A DNA stretch of 64,000 nucleotides from Acidobacteriota bacterium (GCA_965217775.1 CBDCJH010000002.1:1280001-1344000); one strand, 5' to 3'. Positions 27,911 through 37,957 are shown, numbered from the stretch's first letter. The notes: generated by a model not told the origin, from the letters alone. Numbers and translations are program-made.

Positions 27911-29554
27911 ATGCCTGTATTTCGTCCTGATTCCCCGATGCAGCGCCGGAGGTTCCTGAAAAAGGCATTGGCCGGGTGTCTGTTGGCGCCTCGGGTCCTG
28001 GCGCTTGCCGAAGCTCCGGTTGAATTGTCCAAAGACCACATCAAAGCGGTCCACCGCAGACGCCGGATCGTCATGATGCAGGACGCCTACGGCGATGGCC
28101 ACGGAGCGACTCCTCTGGGAGGTGATTTCGATTCCTGGCTCCGCTACCGGTTCTCCTATCTGGACGAGCTTGAAACCCAGATCGACGCCATTTGGTGGGA
28201 CATGGCCGCTCTGGCCGTCTACCCCAACCAGGGGTTCCCCGCGGACGTCCAGGCGCGATTCAACGCTTGGAGCACAGCCGGGAACGACCCTTTGAAGGCG
28301 CTGGTGGACGGGACTCACAGCCGGGGTCTGGAGGCCTTCTTCAACCACCGGATCAGCGAAGTCGAGCTGGACGGCAAGACGTTTCACCTCAAGACGGAGA
28401 ATCCCGACTGGGTGATTCCCACCTGGTGGCCCCACGGCATGTGGAATCTGGCCGCACCGGGCCTGCAGGACTTCAAGCTCAGGAATCTGCGCTATCTGGC
28501 GGAGAACTACGAATTCGACGGCCTCCAGATCGATTTCGCCCGGCACACACCCATTCTTCCTCCCGGGCGGCAATGGGAACTGCGCGGGCGTGTCACGGGA
28601 TTCATCCGCCGCGTTCGGCTCATGCTCCTGGACGTAGCGAAAAAGCGAGGCCGTCCCTTCCTGCTGGCCGTGAGAGTGCCCAAGAGCGTTGAAGGAGCCA
28701 AACAGGACGGCTTCGACCTCGAGTCGTGGGCCCGGGAACGTCTGGTGGACATCTTCACCATCGGCACCCGCTCCCTGGAGGTGGACGTGGCCTCCTTCCT
28801 GGCGATCGCCCGGGGCCGGGACATCAAGATCCAACCCTGCTGGGACGACCACCACGCTTCGGACGCCTATCAGTGGCAACCCATCGAGTTCCTGCGCGGC
28901 GTGTATAGCAACTGGTGGCGCCAGGGAGCGGACAGCGTGGTCACCTGGAACTGGAGCAACGCGACCCGAAAGACCTGCCTGAAGCTGGGCATCAACCCGG
29001 GGCCCGACTCCCACGACCAGGGGTTACAGGAACTGGGAAACCTGGAGAGCATGCGCCTGCGGGACAAAATCTTCGCCCTGGACCGGCGCGGCGCCTTTCC
29101 TTGGGCGGAAGGGTTCTTCAACCTGAACGCTGACGCCCGGTTGCCGCTCCGCCTGACGGCGGGAACGGAACCGGTCCGGCTGGATCTCAGAATCGAAGAG
29201 CCGGTGGCGGCCGCATCTGATCGCGTCGCCTCACTCAAGCTCCGGATCGTTCTCTTCGGCGCCGGAACGGAGACCAACGTCCGTGCGCGCTTCAACGGCC
29301 GCGCCGTGACTCCTTTCCTCAGGGACACCGACTGGAAGGATTATCAGATCTTCTCACCGCGTCCCCAACCCAATTCGGGGAAGGCGGCAAGACTACGCGT
29401 CGACCCGGAACAGAGACTGCTCAGGATCGAGTACGATCTGGATCCCAAGGAGTGCCGGGTCGGCCTCAACACGACCGAGTTGGCCCTCTCCACCGGAGCG
29501 GCGGCCGATGGCGTTAAGTTGGAGAAGGTGGAAGTTCACCTCAAATACTCATGA
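27911..29554 (+). CDS. Tat-exported GHL10-like TIM-barrel glycoside hydrolase-like protein
   Basis: QRRRFLKK Tat motif; YEFDGLQIDFARH; PFLLAVRVP…GFDLESW. Confidence 0.7.
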   Translation: MPVFRPDSPMQRRRFLKKALAGCLLAPRVLALAEAPVELSKDHIKAVHRRRRIVMMQDAYGDGHGATPLGGDFDSWLRYRFSYLDELETQIDAIWWDMAALAVYPNQGFPADVQARFNAWSTAGNDPLKALVDGTHSRGLEAFFNHRISEVELDGKTFHLKTENPDWVIPTWWPHGMWNLAAPGLQDFKLRNLRYLAENYEFDGLQIDFARHTPILPPGRQWELRGRVTGFIRRVRLMLLDVAKKRGRPFLLAVRVPKSVEGAKQDGFDLESWARERLVDIFTIGTRSLEVDVASFLAIARGRDIKIQPCWDDHHASDAYQWQPIEFLRGVYSNWWRQGADSVVTWNWSNATRKTCLKLGINPGPDSHDQGLQELGNLESMRLRDKIFALDRRGAFPWAEGFFNLNADARLPLRLTAGTEPVRLDLRIEEPVAAASDRVASLKLRIVLFGAGTETNVRARFNGRAVTPFLRDTDWKDYQIFSPRPQPNSGKAARLRVDPEQRLLRIEYDLDPKECRVGLNTTELALSTGAAADGVKLEKVEVHLKYS

Positions 29555-30426
29555 AAATAACGATTGCGACCTGTCAGTTTCCCGTCACCAGCGACATCCG
29601 GCGCAACTTGGGCTACGTCAAGAGGCAGATGAAGGCAGCGCGCGAAAAGGGGGCCGATCTGGCCCATTTCTCCGAGTGCTGCCTGGGCGGCTATGCCGGC
29701 GTCGACCTGCCGTCACTGGAGGGCTACGAGTGGGACCTGCTCCAGCGCTCAGCCCAGGAGGTGACCGAGTTGGCCCGGGAGCTGGGTCTGTGGGTGATTC
29801 TGGGGTCCAATCATCAACTGAGTGGCGGTCACCGGCCCCACAACAGCCTCTATCTCATTGATCCCAATGGGAAGATCGTGGACCGTTATGACAAGCGGTT
29901 CTGCACCGGTTCCAGAACCCAGGCCGAGGATGACCTGAGCCACTACAGTCCGGGAAACCGGTTCGTGGTCTTTGAAGTCAACGGTGTCCGTTGCGGTCTC
30001 CAGATCTGCCATGACTTTCGCTATCCGGAGCTCTACCGGGAATACAAGCGGCGGGAGGTCCAGTTGATGTTCCACTCCTACCACAACGGCGGAATGACGC
30101 TGAAGCACAAGCAGGACCATCACAACGTCTGGAGCGTGCTGGTGCGCGCCACCATGCAGACCTACGCCGCCAGCAACTACATGTGGATCAGCGTGAACAA
30201 TACGAGCCGCCGCGAGAGCAGCGGTTCGAGCTTCGTGGTGCAACCGGACGGTCTGATCGATGGCCGGCTGCCACTGCACCGAGCCGGAGTCCTGACAACG
30301 ACCATCGATACCGAGACGCCCTTTTTCGACGCGTCGAAGGAATGGCGATCCCGGGCCATGCGTGGCGTGTTCCACAGCGGCACACCGGTGGAAGATCCCC
30401 GGTCCAAAGATCGGACGTGCCTATGA
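29551..30426 (+). CDS. Carbon-nitrogen hydrolase (nitrilase family)
   Basis: Catalytic triad motifs FSEC, YDKRF, ICHDFRYPE. Confidence 0.92.
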   Translation: MKITIATCQFPVTSDIRRNLGYVKRQMKAAREKGADLAHFSECCLGGYAGVDLPSLEGYEWDLLQRSAQEVTELARELGLWVILGSNHQLSGGHRPHNSLYLIDPNGKIVDRYDKRFCTGSRTQAEDDLSHYSPGNRFVVFEVNGVRCGLQICHDFRYPELYREYKRREVQLMFHSYHNGGMTLKHKQDHHNVWSVLVRATMQTYAASNYMWISVNNTSRRESSGSSFVVQPDGLIDGRLPLHRAGVLTTTIDTETPFFDASKEWRSRAMRGVFHSGTPVEDPRSKDRTCL

Positions 30427-30524
30427 CAGGTTCTGTCGAGTAGTGACAGACAACGGGAACGCGGGCGTCTCACCGAAACTCCCGTTGGACTCAACTCCCG
30501 GGCTTTCTCAGCGGATTTACGGAG

Positions 30525-30722
30525 TCAGACTTTCCTTGCGCTTCCGGCAGCTTTAAGGATGGCGTTTGCCGTGTGGCGGCTCTTCAAGTTACGTGGAATC
30601 ACCAGAATTTTGCCGTTCTTCAGACGTTTCCATTTTTCGTGGGAACCCTTTGCGTTCTTCCAGTACGCGAATCCTCGTCTTGATACTTCTCTGGCTACGG
30701 AATCGTAGAGACTGCCAGGTAA
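30525..30722 (-). pseudogene. hicA: HicA-family toxin lacking a canonical start codon (not in the ORF track)
   Basis: Reads LPGSLYDSVAREVSRRGFAYWKNAKGSHEKW…SRHTANAILKAAG*. The first codon after the antitoxin stop is TTA; no ATG/GTG/TTG upstream of the GSH motif in this frame. Confidence 0.7.
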
Positions 30723-30723
30723 A

Positions 30724-30978
30724 TTATGCGGTTGCCCTTCCCGTATCCGGATGCTGCCACAGAATTGCGGGGATCAGATCTTTGAAGGAATGCTCAGCGA
30801 TCTCTGGAGCAGTCCAGTGGTTCGCGATAATCAATTCAGGCGCCACATCCATCATGATGGCTTCGAACTCCTCTAGATCGGCTGCCTCGATATGTAAGCC
30901 TTCTATATCGCTTCGGGAGTAGAACACCTCTGCCTCGGCATCCCAAACAGCTTGCACTCTAAAGACCCGCGTCATCAT
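30724..30978 (-). CDS. DUF1902 HicB-like antitoxin
   Basis: FRVQAVWDAEAEVFYSRSDIEGLHIEA…APELIIANH; directly upstream of a hicA-like frame. Confidence 0.8.
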   Translation of the reverse strand: MMTRVFRVQAVWDAEAEVFYSRSDIEGLHIEAADLEEFEAIMMDVAPELIIANHWTAPEIAEHSFKDLIPAILWQHPDTGRATA

Positions 30979-31166
30979 CTGCTCTCCTGTTCGAAGAATC
31001 TAATCGAAGTCTACCACGACTTTTCGTCAGGAATGTTGTTCGGTGGCAAGAGTTGGCGATCCCAAGTCGCTTGCCACCAAGAGTCGTAGCAAAGGAATCC
31101 TTCCCCAGATGAAAAAATGGGGATGCTACTCATTAAATTTTCTTGGTCCCTGTCGGGTTCGCTCCG

Positions 31167-32804
31167 TCACCCGTAGCGGATCCAGACTCTCAGCTCCTCC
31201 AATGTCAGCAGTTCGGAAGGGTCCCCCGACTCGGGAGGCTGAACCGTCACCAGGAAGGAATTCTCGCCGTAGCGCAGGTCGCGCGTCTCCCAACTGGACC
31301 AGTCGAGCCGGTCCCCGTCGGCGGCTTGGGGACGAGGCTGGCCCTCTCCGTTGACCCGCCAGGTGATCCGGTCGTCCGCGGCGGGGTTGGCCCATCGCGT
31401 TTCGACCCGAACGCTGGTGGCCCGTTCCGGCCGGTCCGCAATTTTCAGCTTCAGGTCGAACCGTGCCGCACCCGCCTGGGTGGCGAAGGTGAGCGGCAGT
31501 TGCCCCGGCCAGAGACTCTCGTTCATGTATCCGACCCGCTTCCGGTCCAAGTCGATCTGATACATCTTGTCCAGGCCCGCAAGCACCTCCGGTTCTCCGA
31601 TTTCATGGAGAGAGTCATACCGGGCCGGGTCCAGAAAGTTGAAGGTGTGCAGGCCGTCCACGCCTTCGTCCCAGAGCCGGTAGGCTGCTCCCCGAACCGC
31701 TTCCACGTGATCGAAGACGTGTTTCCAACTCAGGCCTCCGTAGACGGGGATTCCGTGTTCGCGGCCCATGCGGATCCATTCCCGCACGGGAAACGAGTAG
31801 GGAAGGGAGCCGAACCCCGCGATCAGGAAGTTCACCCAGCCCCGGGCGACCCACTCCTCCACGTCGAGTCCCACACCCAGGGCGAGATCGGGAGAGTCGG
31901 GGACCCTCATGGACAGGAGAATGGGCCGTCCCCGCTGTTTGCCGCGCTGCTCCAAGACCTGGTGGATGCGTTGGATGAGATCCGTCATCACCGGCAGGTG
32001 ACGCCTCTCCTGTCCGTAGCGGAAGAGCAGGGGATGCCGGCACCAGTCCAGCTCGATGCCCTCCAGGTCGTAGCGGCGGCAGGCTTCCCGGACCACGCCG
32101 AGGAAATGGTCTCTTACCTCCGGGAGGGCGTAGTCGTACGCGGGCCAGGAGAAGGAGATGGGTCCGAGGGAACTGTTGCGAAAGCGGTCGATGGTGCGCT
32201 TCCCGCCGTTGCCCCAGTACTCCAAGAGGGCATCATGCGGGTGGTCCGGGGACTCCCCCTTGATCCAGGGCAGGAATGTCTCCTGAAACCGCTTGGGGCT
32301 GATGCGGGACTGGAGGAGATGAGGGTTCTCCAGCTTGAGGGGCGTCCAATACTGGATTCCCGAGTAGACGGCGCAGTGGACATCGTTCATGCGGATGGAG
32401 AAGAAGAACTCCATGCCGTTGTCGTGAGCGAATTTCACGGCGGGCTGGACCGGGTCAGGTCCCAGAGCCGGAATGTTCTTCCGTGGGACCTCCCAGTGGG
32501 GAACCGTGGCGAGGCCGCAGTGGGACAGGCCGTCGACGTGGGTTCCCTTCAGATCGTTCAAGCGCAGGGCCAGGTACTGATCGACGGTATCGAACCGCTT
32601 GGGCCAGTGAGGCCGCCGGCCCAGTTCCTGCGCCACCCCCGCCAGGTCGTCGCCGTCGTTGTTCCAGATGACGCGTTTTTTGCGGCTGCTCTGGTCGGGT
32701 CGTTCCGGCCCCGGCGAGCAGGCGGAGCCGGTGAGGGCGGGGAGCAGCGTGGTGGCGGTGGCGGCGGCCGCCGTGTTCTTGAGAAATCGTCTTCGGTCCT
32801 GCAT
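31167..32804 (-). CDS. Tat-exported GHL10-like hydrolase
   Basis: DRRRFLK, IWNNDG, SIRMNDVH, DYALPEVR, YDLEGIELDWCRH. Confidence 0.7.
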   Translation of the reverse strand: MQDRRRFLKNTAAAATATTLLPALTGSACSPGPERPDQSSRKKRVIWNNDGDDLAGVAQELGRRPHWPKRFDTVDQYLALRLNDLKGTHVDGLSHCGLATVPHWEVPRKNIPALGPDPVQPAVKFAHDNGMEFFFSIRMNDVHCAVYSGIQYWTPLKLENPHLLQSRISPKRFQETFLPWIKGESPDHPHDALLEYWGNGGKRTIDRFRNSSLGPISFSWPAYDYALPEVRDHFLGVVREACRRYDLEGIELDWCRHPLLFRYGQERRHLPVMTDLIQRIHQVLEQRGKQRGRPILLSMRVPDSPDLALGVGLDVEEWVARGWVNFLIAGFGSLPYSFPVREWIRMGREHGIPVYGGLSWKHVFDHVEAVRGAAYRLWDEGVDGLHTFNFLDPARYDSLHEIGEPEVLAGLDKMYQIDLDRKRVGYMNESLWPGQLPLTFATQAGAARFDLKLKIADRPERATSVRVETRWANPAADDRITWRVNGEGQPRPQAADGDRLDWSSWETRDLRYGENSFLVTVQPPESGDPSELLTLEELRVWIRYG

Positions 32805-32818
32805 AGTTCCTCCCAGTT

Positions 32819-32924
32819 TGGAGGGGCGACTTTTTTGTCGCCCAGTCCGCTTGGCGCCTGTTCCCGCTGCTCTACTGCCCTATTGGCATCTTGGGAGTTC
32901 GGCGGCAAGAAAGCCGCCGCTCCT
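32819..32924. repeat. Inverted REP doublet (REPIN-like)
   Basis: tggaggggcgacttttttgtcgccc (32819-43) and ggcggcaagaaagccgccgctcct (32901-24). Each is a hairpin and they are inverted variants of one motif. Confidence 0.65.
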
Positions 32925-32933
32925 GCCGGAGAA

Positions 32934-34328
32934 TCACTCGCCGATGCAGTAGAGGGTGTCCTGGCTGCGGAGGAAGAGCTGGTTGTCCACGACCACCGGC
33001 GACGAGATGAAGAAGTGGTCCGGCATGGAGTTGACCGCCACCACCTCGTATTGCTCGCCCATTTTGAGAACGATGACGTCACCCTGCTCGCTGGCCAGGT
33101 AGAGCCGGCCGTCAGATCCCAGCGGGGAGGCCTTGAACTGGTAGGGATTGGGCAGGCGTTGCTGCTGGTAGAAGGGTTTTCCGGTTCCGGCGTCGAAGCA
33201 GCTGATCAGTCCCCGGTCGGTCAGAACGTAGAGCTTCCCATCGGCATAGACGGGGGAGGCGGTATAGGCGTTGCCCCGCTGATTGGTCCAGAGGACCGCG
33301 TCCGTGTCGGTCAGATCTCCCTTCCGGTCCAGACGAATGGCCAGCATGTTCGGGCTGCGGTGCCCCGTCATCACGATCACGGTATCCTGGTGACGGACCG
33401 GCAGGGGAACGGGGTTGGTCCCCAGCCCGGCGCATTCCCAGATCAGGTCGCCGTTGGCGAGGTCGTAGCTGCGGACCTTGTTGTCTCCGGTGACGATGAC
33501 CTGGGTCGTACCCGCGTACTCCGTGATCAGCGGTGTGGTCCAGGTGCTCCGTTCGTCCCGGTCCCGGCGCCACAGTTCCGTCCCCGTATTCTTGTCCAGA
33601 GCCAGAATGAAGGACTGGCCCTCATGGTCGAAGTTGAGGACCAGAGCGTCTCCGTGAAGGACCGGCGCCGTGCCCTCGCCGAAACCGTTGCGCATTTTCA
33701 TTTTAACGCCGAAGTTCTTTTTCCAGGCCAGCTTCCCGCCCAGTTCGTAGACGTAGAGGCCCCGGGAACCGAAGAAGGTGTAGAGGTAACGGCCGTCGGT
33801 GACCGCCGAGTTGGAGGCGAAGCTGCCGTAACGCCGGTGGTACCCCTCGTGGGGCGTCTCCACGACGGCAGTATTGCGCCACAGGGTCTTGCCGGTTTTC
33901 TTGTCCAGGCACAGGACCTCGAACTTGTGCTCGACCTGAGCCATGGGCATCCGCCGGCGGCGTTCCCCTCGGCGACGCCGACGTTCCCGGCCGGGCCGAT
34001 CCTGACCTCGCTCTGCCCGTGGACGCCGAGGGGGCCTCGTGAATTCACGTCTGCGAGGCTCCGGCATTGGAGCCGCCGGGATCGCGGTGGTGAGGTAGAT
34101 CCTGTCTTCCCAGATGATGGGAGTGGAATGGCCCTTTCCGGGGATGGGAGTCTTCCACTTGACGTTTTCCGTCGTGCTCCATCGGACCGGCGCTCCGGTG
34201 CGGGCCATACCCGTGTTGTCAGGACCGCGCCAGTTGGGCCATTGCCCATCGAAGTCTGCCGGCGGCGAAGGTGCGGCGGCCAGCGTCAGTCCCAGGATGC
34301 CGGGACCGAACAAGAATGATCTTTTCAT
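32934..34328 (-). CDS. PQQ/BamB-like beta-propeller protein, secreted, with an Arg-rich insert
   Basis: WPNWRGP, VKWKTPIPG.GHSTPIIW, repeated G..LW, ASP motifs. Confidence 0.88.
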   Translation of the reverse strand: MKRSFLFGPGILGLTLAAAPSPPADFDGQWPNWRGPDNTGMARTGAPVRWSTTENVKWKTPIPGKGHSTPIIWEDRIYLTTAIPAAPMPEPRRREFTRPPRRPRAERGQDRPGRERRRRRGERRRRMPMAQVEHKFEVLCLDKKTGKTLWRNTAVVETPHEGYHRRYGSFASNSAVTDGRYLYTFFGSRGLYVYELGGKLAWKKNFGVKMKMRNGFGEGTAPVLHGDALVLNFDHEGQSFILALDKNTGTELWRRDRDERSTWTTPLITEYAGTTQVIVTGDNKVRSYDLANGDLIWECAGLGTNPVPLPVRHQDTVIVMTGHRSPNMLAIRLDRKGDLTDTDAVLWTNQRGNAYTASPVYADGKLYVLTDRGLISCFDAGTGKPFYQQQRLPNPYQFKASPLGSDGRLYLASEQGDVIVLKMGEQYEVVAVNSMPDHFFISSPVVVDNQLFLRSQDTLYCIGE

Positions 34329-34520
34329 GGGTTTTCCCTCCCAGCGTCGTCGGGCTTGGTACCGGTTCCAAGAGACGGCGGGTGTGTTGGCGACAATAGC
34401 AGTCCCGGGTGAAAGTCGCCACGCCGGACCCGCGGACTTGGCGACCTGCCGAATCCGGGCTGCTACAATAGCGGGCTGCGATTACAGCGACTAGAGGAGT
34501 GAAACCGAGGAGAATCCGAT

Positions 34521-35957
34521 ATGAACCAGATCTGCACCCTGTTCGCCGTCATGGCTCTCTCTCTGGCGACTGCCATCGCCGGTGTCATCGACATCGGCTC
34601 GCGGCGGGAACTGTTCGTGGACCGGCATATGGTCGGGGAGATCACGGGCGATGCCCGCCTTCAACAGCATCGGCCCGAGCCTCAGGAAGTGGTCCTGGTG
34701 ACGGGCGAGCCCTGGGAAGGCAACACCAGCGCCTATTACACCATCTTCCAGGACGGCGACCTCTACCGCATGTACTACCGGGGGTCGAACTGGGATGTAG
34801 CGGCCAAGAAAGCCACCCATCCGGAGGTGACTTGTTACGCCGAGAGCCGGGACGGGATCAATTGGACCAAGCCCGATCTGGGGGTCGTGGAGTACGAGGG
34901 ATCGAAGCAGAACAACATCATCCTGGACGGGATCGGCACCCATTGTTTCGTCGCCTTCAAGGACGGCAATCCCGACGCGCCCCCGGAGGCGCGGTACAAG
35001 GGGATCTCCCGGGGCCGTCCACTGGGGAAGAAGGGACTTTACGTCTACCAGTCTCCCGACGGCATCCATTGGAAAATGATCCGGAACGAGCCGGTCATCA
35101 CCGAAGGGGCGTTCGATTCCCAGAACCTGGCCTTCTGGGACCCCCAGATCGACAAGTACCGGGAGTATCACCGCATCTTCGTCAACCGGGTGCGCTCAAT
35201 AATGACCGGGACCTCCGATGACTTCGTCAACTGGACCGATCCCGTGCTCCTGAAGTATCCGGGGGCGCCCAACCAGCATCTCTACACCAACGCGATCCGG
35301 GCCTATCACCGCGCCCCCCACATCCTCATCGGATTTCCCACCCGTTACCTGCCCGACGAGGGCCAGCGGGTGGAGCCCATCTTCATGTCCAGCCGGGACG
35401 GGCTCACGTTCCACCGCTGGAACGATCCGGTGATTCCCGAGGACGCCCCCAAGGACCGGGCGGGAAACCGCAGCAACTACATGACCTGGGGTCTGCTGGA
35501 GCTGCCGGGCCGCCCCGGGGAGATGTCGGTCTATGCTTCCGAGGCCTACTACGAAGGGCCGGATACGCGTTTGCGGCGCTTCACCTATCGCGCTGACGGT
35601 TTCGTGTCCGCCAGCGGCGGCCCCGGGGGAGGCGATCTGGTCACCCATCCCCTCAAGTTCTCGGGCAGCCGACTTGAAGTGAATTTCCGGGCCCGCCCCG
35701 GAGGTCAGCTCCGGGTGGAACTGCAGGACCAGGAGGGTCGCCCCATCCCGGGCTATACCCTGGTCGATTGTCCTCCCCTGACCGGCGACTCAACCCGGAT
35801 CCTCGTCAATTGGAAGCAGTGTCCCTGCAGCCAGACGGAAACCCCGAGCGAGGAAGAGACGATTCAGCCTGACGTGGGATCCCTGTCAGGACAGACGATC
35901 CGGGTCCGTTTCCGGTTGGAGAACGCGGACCTCTACTCCTTCCGCTTCAGCGATTGA
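34521..35957 (+). CDS. Secreted beta-propeller glycosidase-like hypothetical protein
   Basis: Signal peptide, RELFVD, YRMYY, YAESRDGINWTKP, Asp-box-like SPDG..W/SRDG repeats, FDSQN, ADLYSFRF. Confidence 0.65.
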   Translation: MNQICTLFAVMALSLATAIAGVIDIGSRRELFVDRHMVGEITGDARLQQHRPEPQEVVLVTGEPWEGNTSAYYTIFQDGDLYRMYYRGSNWDVAAKKATHPEVTCYAESRDGINWTKPDLGVVEYEGSKQNNIILDGIGTHCFVAFKDGNPDAPPEARYKGISRGRPLGKKGLYVYQSPDGIHWKMIRNEPVITEGAFDSQNLAFWDPQIDKYREYHRIFVNRVRSIMTGTSDDFVNWTDPVLLKYPGAPNQHLYTNAIRAYHRAPHILIGFPTRYLPDEGQRVEPIFMSSRDGLTFHRWNDPVIPEDAPKDRAGNRSNYMTWGLLELPGRPGEMSVYASEAYYEGPDTRLRRFTYRADGFVSASGGPGGGDLVTHPLKFSGSRLEVNFRARPGGQLRVELQDQEGRPIPGYTLVDCPPLTGDSTRILVNWKQCPCSQTETPSEEETIQPDVGSLSGQTIRVRFRLENADLYSFRFSD

Positions 35958-35979
35958 GGGAGCGTGGATGCCAGCGACC

Positions 35980-36004
35980 GTAGGGGCGGCCCTTGTGGCC
36001 GCCC
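35980..36004 (+). repeat. GTAG-type REP hairpin between convergent genes
   Basis: GTAG followed by gggcggcc-cttgt-ggccgccc. Confidence 0.7.
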
Positions 36005-36008
36005 TTCG

Positions 36009-36962
36009 TCATTCAGGCCGTCTGGTGTCGCTGTGCAGCAGGTCGACCAACTGCAGGAAAAGCCGATCCCGGCGCGACTGCCGCTCCTCGATTCGTTTGG
36101 GAGTGTAGTCATAGATCCCGCGTCCGCTCTTGACCCCGTAGCGCCCTTCCTTCACCAGGCGGTCCACAGCGGGCGGCAGACTCCGGCTTGACGAGATCTC
36201 CTTCAACAGATGGCCGAAGACGTGTCCGGTAATGTCGAGGCCGGCGAAGTCCGCGATCTCGAAGGGTCCGGCCGCGGCCAATCGGAGTCCTATGCTGGAA
36301 CTGACCGCCAGGTCGACCTGTTCCGGTGTGGCGACGCCCTGTTCGACCAGATCCCAGATCTCGCGGAAGACGGCGGCCTGAATCCGGTTGACCAGGAACC
36401 CGGGGACTTCCTTGTGAAGCCGGATCGCCAGCTTGCCGTTCCGATCCAGCAGGTCCATCGCGCTCCGGACGGTTTCCTCGCTGGTCTCGCGACCGGGGAC
36501 GACTTCCACCAGGGGGATAATGTGCGGGGGGTTGAACCAGTGGGTGACCAGCGTCCGCTGAGGATGCCGGAGGCGCCGGGACATCTCGGTCATGGGAAAG
36601 GTGGAGGTGTTGCTGGCCAGGATCGTCTCTTCCGAGACCAGATCCTCCAGTCGTTTGAAGAGATCCTTCTTGGTAGGAAGATCCTCCCGGACCGCCTCCA
36701 CGACGAAATCGGCTCCCTGGACGGACGGCTCCAGCTCGGAGACGATCTCGATCCGGTCGAGCACCGCGTCCGGATCCAGTCCCGGCGAGAGCCCCAACCG
36801 GGCCTTCTGATCCAGGTTGCCGCGGATCCGGTCCTTCAGGGATTCACGCGCCTGAGCCGCGGAATCGTAGGCCCGGACGCGATGGCCGGTCGAGGCGAAG
36901 ATCTGGGCGATCCCGTGCCCCATGGTCCCCAGTCCCAGTACGGCGATACGTTCCGAAGACAT
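36009..36962 (-). CDS. 3-hydroxyacyl-CoA dehydrogenase family protein
   Basis: GLGTMGHG, VEAVRE, LASNTS, HWFNPPH..PLVEV, PGFLVNR, GVKSGRG.Y. Confidence 0.92.
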   Translation of the reverse strand: MSSERIAVLGLGTMGHGIAQIFASTGHRVRAYDSAAQARESLKDRIRGNLDQKARLGLSPGLDPDAVLDRIEIVSELEPSVQGADFVVEAVREDLPTKKDLFKRLEDLVSEETILASNTSTFPMTEMSRRLRHPQRTLVTHWFNPPHIIPLVEVVPGRETSEETVRSAMDLLDRNGKLAIRLHKEVPGFLVNRIQAAVFREIWDLVEQGVATPEQVDLAVSSSIGLRLAAAGPFEIADFAGLDITGHVFGHLLKEISSSRSLPPAVDRLVKEGRYGVKSGRGIYDYTPKRIEERQSRRDRLFLQLVDLLHSDTRRPE

Positions 36963-36967
36963 GAGAC

Positions 36968-37954
36968 TCAGTTCGATCCCGCGCTCGAGGAGACCGCCGC
37001 CGGTCCGGTGATCTGAGCGATGATATCCAGGCCGGCCCTCTCGCTCCAGGCATCCATGAGCCGGCGGAAGACGGGCCCGCCGGCCTTGCCGTCGCCGATG
37101 GTCGCTCCGTTGATCCGGTTGACCGGAGCGATGCAGTAAGGCGTGGTCAGCAGCAATGCCTCGTCAGCATTCATCACGTCATAGACTTGGAAATCGCGCT
37201 GTTCGAAAGGAATGCCCAGTTCCGCGCAGAGTTCGGAAACGGTTAACAAACTGACTCCCTGCAGGGTGTTGCGAGCCGAAGGGGCGACGACCGCTCCGTC
37301 CTGCACGATGGCGAAGTTGGAACCGCTGGTCTCGGTCACGTTGCCGTCCAGATCCAGCAGCAGGGTGATTCCCCGGGGATCCACCTGGTGGGTCTCCTGG
37401 TCCGCCAGCCACTGATGCATCCGGCTGCGGTGCTTGATCTTGGAGTCCACGCATTGGGGTGGGTAGTGGCGGATCGATGGGGTGACCACATGAGCCCCTT
37501 CCGTGAAGAGATGGGTGAAGGCCTCGAAGGGAACGGGAAAGGTGTGGATGCAGAGGGTGGGCACCATCTTTTTGGAGGTCCCGGGCAGGGCGGAGTAGGA
37601 GGCGATTTCTCCCGCCGTCATGAAGTGGACCAGCGACAGTTCCCGGTCGGGAGGGAGGAGCTTGGTGTTGTGACGAACCAGTTCCCGGGAAATCTCCTCC
37701 ATCCGGTCCCGATCGAAGGGCGGCCGGATTCGGGTGTACCGGGCCGAGCGATAGAACCGGTCGATGTGATCCTCCAGCCGGAAGGGCCGGTGATGGAAGG
37801 TCCGGGTCATGTCGGTCACGGTGGCTCCCAGGATGATTCCGGCGTCGTAAATGGCGATGGACGCCTGGGAGGCCGGGACCATTCGGTCCTTGAGGAAGAC
37901 CAGCGGTTCCTGGTCGTCCTTGGAGTTGGGAAGCAGGGAAATCTGGGTTGACAT
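36968..37954 (-). CDS. Class IV aminotransferase (BCAT/DAAT-like)
   Basis: FRLEDHIDR, KIKHRSR, ETSGSNF, LQGVS, ADEA. Confidence 0.88.
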   Translation of the reverse strand: MSTQISLLPNSKDDQEPLVFLKDRMVPASQASIAIYDAGIILGATVTDMTRTFHHRPFRLEDHIDRFYRSARYTRIRPPFDRDRMEEISRELVRHNTKLLPPDRELSLVHFMTAGEIASYSALPGTSKKMVPTLCIHTFPVPFEAFTHLFTEGAHVVTPSIRHYPPQCVDSKIKHRSRMHQWLADQETHQVDPRGITLLLDLDGNVTETSGSNFAIVQDGAVVAPSARNTLQGVSLLTVSELCAELGIPFEQRDFQVYDVMNADEALLLTTPYCIAPVNRINGATIGDGKAGGPVFRRLMDAWSERAGLDIIAQITGPAAVSSSAGSN

Positions 37955-37957
37955 GGT

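Noticed and set aside
30432-30487. Hairpins after the nitrilase gene (tctgtc/gacaga; caacggga/tcccgttg)
   Set aside because: Probably a terminator or REP remnant between convergent genes; no U-tract and no second copy, so not called.
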